This document shows positions 44,801 through 54,200 of a DNA stretch of 64,000 bases, piece by piece. The stretch is from the NCBI GenBank assembly GCA_000708835.1, contig DF237082.1:115702-179701 (forward strand), written 5' to 3'. The position numbers were made by a program, and so were the translations under genes. The notes under the pieces are model-generated. The model ran no database searches, was not told where the DNA came from, and saw only the letters and a list, made by a program, of their open reading frames with translations. The DNA comes from Klebsormidium nitens. Its lineage: Eukaryota > Plantae > Klebsormidiophyceae. Numbering within the stretch: position 1 is the first letter of the stretch; the number at the start of each line of letters is the position of its first letter.

Positions 44801-47800
44801 CCTGTTCCTATGAATCTGAATCCTCTAAGCGTGTAGCCGCAGAATGCTCCCCCAGGAAACGGAAAGCAGGCTGAAAATAAGAGCAAGGAAAAAGTAATCT
44901 GCTCGTTCTACGTTCCTGACTGCGTCGGCTCATTCAATCCTTTCTGATAAACCATCGTTGTCCTTTGTGCTGACGACCATTTCAAGACGACTCGTGACCT
45001 TCATATACTGGATGACGAAAGGAAGCGACTCTTTCCGAATGAACGGTGGGATTTGATGGAGAACAAAAGGAACCCTCGCTTTCGATTGCCTCATCTGCTT
45101 CAACTTTTACTTGCATTTGAAAGCTATCAAACTAGTTCTACGTAATTTGCAGTGTTGCGTGGGCTTGGACGAGCCAACGAGTAGAAGAAAGGGACCAGAA
45201 GAAAATGCAGGAAAGAGAAGATCCAAAAGAAACAAACTCGCTCTAGTTGCCCCACCTGATTCAGCTCGTTCACGTAGTTGAAGAGCGAGAAGTTTTTGTC
45301 CTCCGCGCTGATGAACATGGTCACCAGCTCGTCGATGTCCTGGATCCCCGTCGCCTGGTGAATCTTCTCAAACGCCTCCTCGTAACTCTGCACCTGGTGC
45401 GTTGGCCCGCTGCCCGACCGCCCGTTCACCGACTTCCATGCGCCTGCGAATCCCAAATTCTCAGTTTAAATTCCGTATATATTGAGAATATTCAGAGAAA
45501 AAAGTCGCCTAGTGAATTTTCTCAAATGCCTCCTCGTAACTTTGCACTTGGTGCGTCGGCCCGCTGCCCGACCGCCCGTTCACCGACTTCCACGCACCTG
45601 CGAATGTTAAATTTCAGGTTAAATTTCTGCAGAGGTTTGAATGAAAGGTCGCCAGGGATTACGGCTCCTCGTATCGCAAAATTTGATGCGTCGGCACACT
45701 GCCCCACCACCCTGTCATCGACTTCCACGCGTCTGCAAGTTTCGGATTTTTCAGGTCATTTTCTCCAGAGATGAAATTTTAGTTAGATTTCGCCAGGATT
45801 TTGAGATCTTAAGATCGACTCTTCGTAGCTCTGCACCTGGTGCGTCGGCCCATTGCCCGACCGCCCCTTCACCGACTTCCACGCGCCTGCGAGAATCAGT
45901 TTGAGTATTTCGCACACAATTGAAGTTTTGTAATCAGAAGTGCCTAGGGTTTTGAGATTCTTAGAAGACTCCTCGTAACTTTGCACCTGGTGCGTCGGTC
46001 CGCTGCCCGACCGCCCATTCACCGACTTCCAGGCGCCTGCAAATCCCGTTATTTCCGAATAGATTCACGTAATCAGATCCTGAAAGTCGCCAGAATTTTG
46101 AGATTTCTAAGATGCGTCCTCGTAGCACAGCACTTGGTGCGCCGGGCCGCTGCCCGACCGCCCGTTCATCGACTCAGGTCTTTCAAGCTCAGAACTTTAA
46201 TCATGAAAGTGCTGCAGATCAGTTTCCAAGGCGGAATTCGGGTTCTCAGTTACTAATCTTGGTCTTACACTATCTTATTGGCTATTCTTGCACCTCTGCC
46301 GGTGCCAGCTTTTTATGCTTATTCAATCTATGAAAAAATGCCTCCATAGCGTTCCAGAACGGTCCAAAGCAAGCAACAAATTATACACACCTCCCCTTCT
46401 ACGCACAAACGTTCAGGCTGATCACGAAATAACAACGACGATCGCACGCTTCCACGATCTCTCCGCAAACCACAAGAACAAAGGCAAAATGGGGAAGTGA
46501 AATTAAAGATGATTGGAACAAAGAGCTTTTTGGCCTTACTGCCGCTCCGTTCCCTCCCACCGCCGCCGGCCCCCCTGCTCGCGCCCACATCGCCTCTGTC
46601 GGTGGGTGCGCCCGGTTGCGCGTCTGCGCGGCTCATCTTCAGAAAGTCGCGCATACGGTGCTGGGAGTCAATGAGCTTCCTGCGAAAACGTTGGTGGATC
46701 TTACGTCAGCACGAGCTGACTACCTTTCTGTGAATACAGGGGCTCGTATTCTTCAGAAAGTTGCGCATCCGATGCTGAGAGTCGATGAGCTTTCTGCTGT
46801 CGGAAAGGGCAGGGTCAGCGGTTGATCTGGTTTCAGTGTCTATCTAGTGAAAGCCTTGACTTCAAGTGCTCCATCTGCTGCATCTCGCGCATCAGTGCCT
46901 TGAACGCCGCCTGCCCAAACAGAGTATTTTGGGCTAGGGACAGAACCCTTAGCATATAAAACATCGCAAATCCTGAGTTCAAACGAGCCCTTTTCATTTC
47001 CGCGTACAAGTGTATCATGGGATCGAGAGCCCAAAAACCGTTGGGCGAAGTAACCTCTCACTGCACCTCGCGCATCTCCGCCTCATATTCCGCCTGCGCC
47101 TCGTCACTTGACGAGAACCAGTTTCGAAAACTCGAAATTGACGGAAATCCGCACACCAACATTCTCAAAGCCAGATCCCCCAGACCCAGATGTCTCAAGT
47201 ACAGATTCCTCAAACCCAAAACTCCTCCCTGCATCTCGCGCATCTCCGCCTCTCATTCATGACGTCGAAAGATCAAAACCAAGTTTCACGGTTCCATCCA
47301 AACCCTTGAACCCGTTCGAAATTTCGTGTAAAAAGTAACCCCCTCACTGCATCTTGGGCGTCTCCTCCTCTTACTCAACAACATTGCAGGGCTCACATTG
47401 AATCCTCAAAGCAGACCGAAACACGCTCCAGAGAGGTAATTTCTCACTGCATTTCGCGCATCTATTGGAGGCGGCCTGCCCTCTCCGCGTTTTACGTTCT
47501 ATGGTCCAAGCACACATTCAAGATTCCTATCAAACCCCAAACCACTCTGTAACTCCTAGGACAGACCCTCAAAACCCAAAAATCTCGTCACTTTCAAAGG
47601 GATCCCTCACTGCATTTCGCGCATCTCCGCCTCGAACGCCGCCTGCTCCTTGTCCGCCTGTGCCTTGAGCGCGGCCATCTCGTTCTGCGCCTGGTCGCGC
47701 GCCTCATACGCTATATTGCTGATCTCGATCACGTTCGCCATTTCGCGCTTCTTATCGTGCAGCTCCTTCTCCATCTTCTTGTATAGCGTATCGAACACCA

Positions 47801-50353
47801 CGCGCTCGCGCCGTAGGTTGTCGATCTGGTCGCGCAGGACCTTGTTTTGGGAGAGGGCCTCGTTGAACTTGACCAACGCCTGGAGACAGGGAGAAAAGGG
47901 TCGATTAGCAGCTCAACAGGGCCTTCTGTTCTTTGCGTGGGCCTCGTTTTAGTTTACCAGGGCCTAGAGAGGCGGAGAAAAAGGGCGATCAGCAGCTCGA
48001 CAGGGCCTTTGGCTGTTCCCGCAACTCCTATGTCTTATAAAGCTTGAACGGCTGGAGCAAGTGGCAAGTAGATGCTTACAAAGCATAGGCTCAGGGGTAT
48101 CGAACCCAGAAAAACTATATCGAGGCAAAACCCGGATCACGTCTCTTCTTGGCGGTGTCTCGATCGAGGTCCTTAAAGAGATTGCAACAAACATACGGGC
48201 CACTTTCAGAGTGATCGTTCTGGTCTCATGACTCTTTCGGTTTCTTGAAAAGGAACACATGCAGAGGGTATCCCTCGCAAACTTCCCTACAAGGAAGCGG
48301 GCTGTCCTCCTCGGTCCCAATCACTCTCAGGTAGGTATATCAGAAACGAATTCTGTCCTGTTCAACTTCGTTGTCGCAAATTTTTCAAGAGCGCCGACCA
48401 GAGCAGCAATTGACAGACGGCCACTCGCGCACAAGACCACACAAACTTCATCAATCGCTTGAGTGCGGGTGTGAATGCGCACCTTCTCTAGTCGGTTCTC
48501 GAGCTGCTTGACCTGCTTGTTGACGGCCAGGCTGCTCTCCTTGCCCGCATTCACACCGCCCATTTGCCGCCGCGTGTCCATCGCTTTGGTGCTCATGGCC
48601 CCCATCTTTTCTTCCAGCTCCTCCAACTAGAGGAAGCGGAAAAAGTAATGATCTGGTTTTTCAAGGGTCTAACTGTAGTTGGACTCCTTGATTAGAAAGA
48701 CTTCAAATATTCTTCATCAAAAGTAGACCGTTCGACTTGTGAATTAGCTGGTCCTTCGACTTTCTTCTCCAGCTCCGTATGCGAGCAACGTACGCATGCA
48801 TGCACTTCGACAGTTAAGGATCTAAATATCTCAAACACTTGGCTTTTGGCCCCTGTTGTTCCAATCCAAAATGAGGAACCGAAGAATGTTCAGAATGTTG
48901 CTGGTTGAGGCATCAGGCTTCCGTCCCTCCTTCACATCCTTTTAACATAGAGACCGGTTAAGCCTCTGTAGTCCTTCCTGGATTTGCTTGCAAGAGATTC
49001 CTATCTGTTCAGGAAACAACAACGCTACCTCAGAAACCGGGAGAGTCCGGTCCGTTTGACTAGAAAATCAAATGCAGCCGGATGTGACGTCGTTTTTTGA
49101 GTTGTTCATTGTGGATCAAGCGACCCGGTTGAACATAGGAGAGAAGAGCGCACCCGCTTTCTCTCGGCCTCGATCTTGCGTGTGTATGCCTCGACCTGCT
49201 CTTGCAGCTTCGCCATTTCTTGCTGCACTGTGGCGGCGCTGCTTATGCCCCCGACATCCGCTTGGCTCAGCAACTCGATTTCCTGGAGAAAGATTGTTAA
49301 GCTCTCAACATATATCATCTGGAAAACTTTCTTTGATGTCCGTTGCTACCTTCAAGTATGTCGATGAAAGTTTGCGCTGGTCAAGCGCATTGAAAGAGCT
49401 TCCCGCATGGTGATTCTTAAACATTCGGTGTATTTTGGGCTGCATCCGCCACTTGCCCCATAAGAAGAGCAATGCACTTTCATCTGGAGCATTCGAGGTG
49501 ACTGACTCACATGGCGCAGAGCGGCGTTCTCATCTTTGACCTGCTCGATGGCCACCCGCTGCTTCTTGATGACGGCCTGGCTGTCGTCGGAGTACGACTT
49601 GCGGTTGCCCTCCATGATGCGGTACTTGCGCTGCAGGTCCGCCAGCTGGCAACAAAGGAGGGGCGCATATGGCATAGCTGATGGGGCATAAGGCAAGGAG
49701 CTCATTTTATTGCTCTCGTGCACACATCTAAAATTTTACACCGCGTCGAGTATGCATGAAGAGGAGCTTGAGCAAATTTTTTGCCGCTTCTTTAACCCAT
49801 GTTTGACTCCCGGATATAGGGCCAAAGCATGCGCCTTGTGGAACTCAAATCAAAGACTTGGGAGCTGGTGGTTTTGTGAGAAGATGCACTTGAAAAATGT
49901 ACGCTTGGACATATGCAGATAAGATCAGCGAGAGAAAGCGCCTGCGCTGGGGCATCTCAATATGGGCACAGCAATTGCTTGCAAGCAGTCTGTGGAGGAT
50001 ATAGTTAAAGCCAGAAAAGCGCAGACTTTCTGAATTCCGCATGATATAAAAGAAAGCTGTTCAGTGTGTGAATATGGACCCATGCTCTTTTGCAGCAGGT
50101 TGAAGTCAGCAGCAATCGCACCGGGCAGAGTCTTTGAGAGCTTTAAGAGAGAAAATTGATTGTCAACAATTGAACCACTCATACGGATGGCAATAAACTC
50201 GGGTGGGAAGTTTACCTGGGACTCTGAATCATTACTGAGCTCAGCACCAAATTTGCGCCCATGCACTGACGACTTCCCATCGCTATTGGTAGATTTTGCA
50301 GAGACTCCCCTCTCTGCATTTGTACCGGTCCGCTCTGACTCCACACCAGCCAT
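41808..50353 (-). CDS. ODA1: Outer dynein arm docking complex subunit DC2 (Chlamydomonas ODA1 / CCDC114-CCDC63 family)
   Basis: Probable first exon 50353-50216, then 49645-49511 (LADLQRKYRIMEGNRKSY..KKQRVAIEQ), 49282-49154 and ~48627-48484 (MGGVNAGKE..KQVKQLENRLEK). Further exons: 47879-47611 (NKVLRDQIDNLRRERVVF..AYEARDQAQNEMAALKAQADKEQ), from 46679, from 45443 (FEKIHQATGIQDIDELVTMFISAEDKNFSLFNYVNELNQ), 44422-44194, from 43127 (GCNTAAVREMLGDGGVTESNLMLYLGIIEQRTNEILQ), an IEPPST..DRPMTREEL exon and last exon 41870-41808. Confidence 0.9.
43096..43580 (-). repeat. ODA1 acceptor-junction tandem array (~162-bp unit, 4 copies including the functional one)
   Basis: CAGCATCTCGCGCACCGCGGCCGTGTTGCA(A/G)CCTGCGGG starts at 43096 (true), 43259, 43421 and, degenerate, 43541. 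Confidence 0.92.
43835..44256 (-). repeat. ODA1 donor-junction array: two intronic copies of the last ~60 nt of the exon plus the 5' splice site
   Basis: The ..MKAIAHIKQVVTSTFNKIG|GT(A/G)AG coding sequence occurs at 44189-44256 (true), 44050-44118 and 43835-43896. Confidence 0.93.
44366..44585 (-). repeat. ODA1 duplicated acceptor plus exon start, 159 nt upstream and in frame
   Basis: cag|GAGTTGGAGAAACTCGAGAAGCAGCTTGCAGACACC.. at 44581 versus the true cag|GAGCTGGAGAAACTCGAGGAGCAACTTGCCGACACC.. at 44422. Confidence 0.88.
45350..46172 (-). repeat. ODA1 acceptor-junction tandem array (~150-bp unit, 6 copies including the functional one)
   Basis: The exon-start sequence encoding GAWKSVNGRSGSGPTHQVQSYEE begins at 45443 (true), 45597, 45732 (degenerate), 45886 and 46036, with a partial copy at ~46115-46172. 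Copies are separated by AT-richer diverged spacers. Confidence 0.94.
46636..46800 (-). repeat. ODA1 duplicated acceptor plus exon start
   Basis: The KLIDSQHRMR(D/N)FLK coding sequence follows cag at 46679 (true) and at 46793 (copy). Confidence 0.9.
46875..47660 (-). repeat. ODA1 donor-junction array (about 6 copies of ..EMREMQ|GTGAG)
   Basis: On the + strand (CTCA)CTGCA(T/C)(T/C)TCGCGCATC-like units occur at ~47607 (true donor), ~47445, ~47343, ~47228, ~47058 and ~46877. Confidence 0.85.
47850..48008 (-). repeat. ODA1 duplicated acceptor plus exon start (84-bp unit)
   Basis: True ccag|GCGTTGGTCAAGTTCAACGAGGCC at 47879; copy ctag|GCCCTGGTAAACTAAAACGAGGCC at 47963. The upstream polypyrimidine/branch region is duplicated as well. 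Confidence 0.85.
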
Positions 50354-51262
50354 GTTTCTCAGCTCTAGTTACCCGCTTTTCTATGAAACTAGGTATGCTT
50401 CGTTTCTCACTGAAACTGGTGCTACTTGCCCTTCATGCTTGTTCAGAGGAAAAAGGAACGCAGTTGCTTCCATTGTAGACGTGAACATGCGGGTAACCTT
50501 TCCTTCACCTGTGCCAATCCTCTGGTGTCTTTACCGTCAATAATCCTCTCTTGGTCGGGGACTGCTAGCTAGCTTGCCTTCGCAGGTGTATCTCCAAGCT
50601 GTACTTCGCTGCCCGAGGCACCATTCATTGGAAAGCGGAGCTCTTTCCACCAGCTGCCACTGACTGAAACGAGTGCTGCTCCAGCTCCACTAGTACTGCT
50701 AGTCCTAGTGCTCCAAGAAGGAGCTCCGGCTTTCTGCTCAATACTGGCGCCTAGGATAGCTTTCCAAAGTGAAAGCGCTTGAGATAAGTTTGCTCTCTAC
50801 CTACGGTAGCCTGTAGCCTGTAAGGTAGTTTGACTCTTAGACAAGCTCCGGTACGCTTGTAGTGTTTTACCTTTCTTGTGATGCCCGGCGAAGGTTTTCA
50901 GGTGTACTGCACGCGCGCAACAGCGGTCCGCAGCCCTGTACCGTCGATGTATTTTTATCGGCGGCTCGATTTGTTTGTTGCGGAATTGTTAACTCTCTAG
51001 CTGTACAGATCTGTGTCGTGCTTCCAAGTGCTGTACATAGGTACAGCAGGCTTCAGGCCTGGACATGTCATGAAAGCTTGTCTTTCAGTGCAATGGCATG
51101 CAGTGAGTAGGCGGTGAACTCAAGATCAATGGAGAAGTGTTCTCCATGCTCGCCACTTTGGTCTGCAATTCAAGATCAAGCCTGAAGAAACATAAAAGAA
51201 AAGGGAGAGCGTGCTTGGACCAGGATAGCCACCGGTATATAAGCAAGAGCAAGACGTTTGCA

Positions 51263-54200
51263 ATGGCCCCTTATGGAGGGCCTGCCATGCGTGGGGGACC
51301 CCTTCAAGAAAAAGGTGAGGATGATGCACACGTCCAATGCTATTGATATCACATCGCAAATATGGGTTCTACAACCTGGAAGCAAAGTCTACTACCACTG
51401 TAGCTTCTTGCCGCTCCGGACTTTGGAGGGGGCCTGACAAGAAACCACAAATAACATGTCCCTTACAGTCGATTGTGCCACCTTGAGTAGCTGATTTGCA
51501 TTGGGCAGGTTGCATACTGTCAGAATTGTGTCATGCATAACAATGCTGCTTACAGTGCCAAGAACGCTGTGCCCTTGGATCCAGCTTTTCATACGTACAG
51601 CTGTTTGGGTTCCCTTTGGGATTTGTAGAGCGTTCGAGCATTTATCAGAAGTCGGCCAAGAGCTCCTTCTGTTTGACTTCACCACCTTGCTCAAGTTGCA
51701 GAGAAACGGCTTTGCAGAGTCGACTTTTCAGACCGTCGTCATTTTCTACCCACACTTCCACAAGAGTCAACCGTTAGGATTCAGCGGACCGCATAACCAA
51801 GCGATCTGATTATATATTTTCAGGAAACAGACGCTCGGTCAAGCCACAAGCCCCGACACCGACCAAGCCCGCCGCTCGAGCCGCCGCCAGGCAGCCCGTC
51901 CGGCATGACATCAGCATATCCGACGTTCCTGGCCTGAGTGACGACCGCATGTTTGCCCGCCCCGAGAAAAGCTTTGCTCAGCCAGACACGATGTCCTCCC
52001 CTAGTTATCATTCTGAGGAATCCGAAGTTGCGGAAAGGATCCGCTTGCTAGAGCTTCGACTAGCTGAATCACAGAGGGGGGGGCAACAACAAAGTGGGTT
52101 TGACGCGGGGTATGGGAGAGGTAGCTTCGGGGGGGGTGCAGAAGTGAGGGCCTCGGGGGAGGGGGAAAAAGGGGCACACAAATTTATGTCGGGGCTGGCG
52201 ACGATGCACCGAGGGACAGGGGGGGCCAATGAGCTGCAGGCAGCTTACGAGAAAAAGCTGCAATACCAGAGGGAACTAGGTGAGGAAGAAATGACAAACT
52301 TGGGAGGCCTCAGTATGAGTCCGCTTTTTCAGTCAAAGGACCGTTTTGCATTCTTTGAACAATGACTGATAAGCCTCCTGGAAAGCATGAGACGGAGCTC
52401 CTTCCTAGAGGGTATCTTAGTTGACCGTGTCTTACAGGGTATCATAGTCAGTGCTCTTGGCCGTCAAGAGCAATGGATCAGTTTTGAGCTCCGCAGGCTC
52501 GACGTGGAGGAAGATTTTTGACGGGCTCAATATCTAAGTGAGAAGACGGGCTTCGGAACTAGGCCTTGTTCCGGCATGAGAACTTTTATCTACAGGGCGA
52601 ACGTAGTTTATAGCATACTTCTTTACCCGTGATTACAGTTTTTGGGCTTCCTAGCTCATGGTTTGTGTTCCATGAGGTTCGTGCTTCGCCAGCAGACTTC
52701 TTTCGCCCAGCTCGAAATATGGACACAATTTTGGCAGTTCGTCGGATGGCAAGTCTTGAGACCAAGAGGCCGAAGCTGCACGGTTTGCCTTGTGCGGGGG
52801 GCCAAACCGTTCATTCTTTCTCTTACGAGTGTAGAAGTCAGACTGAAACGAGAAAACCGAAAACCCAAGAACAGCACCGGTATTGCTTCGAGCGGGGAAG
52901 CAAACTGCTTATCGTCTTTACGCAGATGAACAGGTTAGACTCAAACCAGAAGCTCGAGACCAGCGCCGGTATCGCTTCGAGCGGGGAAGCAGATGTCTTA
53001 TTTTCTTCTACGCAGATGAACAGGTTAGACTGAAACGAGAGAAGCAAGGACTCGAAAATAGCAACGGCAGAGCACACCAGTCGGTTGCCCTCTCTGGAGC
53101 GGGAAGTCCCGGAGCGTGGTCGTCTTTTGGGGGGGGTCCCTCCAACGTCCTTCGTGACAGGGGGGCCCAGAACCAGCTTAGCAGCCCCCCCCCTCAGCGA
53201 ACCGGCGGGGACTCTGCTCTTATGAGCCCGGTCCAATGTCTGTCGCCAAAGTGAGTGTCGATCTGTGTGAGGGGTTTCCGCCCTTATGAGTCAGTCGAAT
53301 GCCTATCGACGACGTCCACTCAAGCTGTGTGAGATCTTCTCAGATTGTCTTGAGTTCGGTCATTGCGAATGCATCTTCACGTTGACTGTTAACTGCTGTG
53401 TTCTGTGTACTGCCTCCGCCTTGCACGCCAGTGAATGAGGTTCGCAGGAGCAGTCAATTACCAGAAATGAAAACCGTGAAATCAAGCCCTTGCTTGCCAA
53501 TAGTGACTCCTCAAAACAGACTACACCTCCTCAAATGAGACGTCACCATTCCTTTCCAACTACTTCAGTTTTTGAGTGCATTGCTGCAGAATCATGGACC
53601 CCCCTTCGTGGGCTGCCCCGGCGATGTCGGGCTCCCAGGGGGGTGCTCGCTCCAGCGAATCCAGCCCCCTGCGCAATAGCATGTTCATGTCGTCCCTGCG
53701 CGAGCTCAAAGCGGGGCCGTCGCCCGAGCAGCTCTCGGCCGCGCAACTGAAGCGGCAACAGCTGATAGCAGACCTAGGTACGGCTCACTGGCTAGAGAAA
53801 ATCGGCCTTACGAAATTACCAGATCAGATTATGAATGGTTAAGCGATCCGTTACGAAACACATTCTTGGAAGAGTGAAGCTTAGGGTCGCCCGAGTCAAC
53901 ATTCACGCGGATTGCCGTGAGCGCTTGAATGTGTCAAAGAGTCAGCAGCTTGGTGTGTACAAGTAGGAGTCGCAGCAAGCTGCCGTGTGAGAGCCGGATC
54001 GGTCGCTTTTCTTTGCTACAAAAGCCCTTTGTGGATATTCCCTCATCTATTATCTGTCCTGCCTCCGTCGTGCTCGACAGAGTACAGCAGGTGTACGCAG
54101 ACGCTACAAGGATAAGACCTCAGCAGACATGTTGTTTGCTCAACAACGACCCAGCGGTCTCGTAAAAGTCTTCGTCAGATACTTAAGCTCGAGTGCTTTC

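Noticed and set aside
45350-46172. CRISPR-like repeat-spacer appearance
   Set aside because: Repeats are ~75 bp, derive from the adjacent exon and are not palindromic; spacers are homologous to each other; no cas genes; eukaryotic context.
48745-48780. Possible echo of the ODA1 exon start at ~48627 (GAGCTGGAGAAGAAA)
   Set aside because: The match is under 15 nt and purine-repetitive, so it could be chance.
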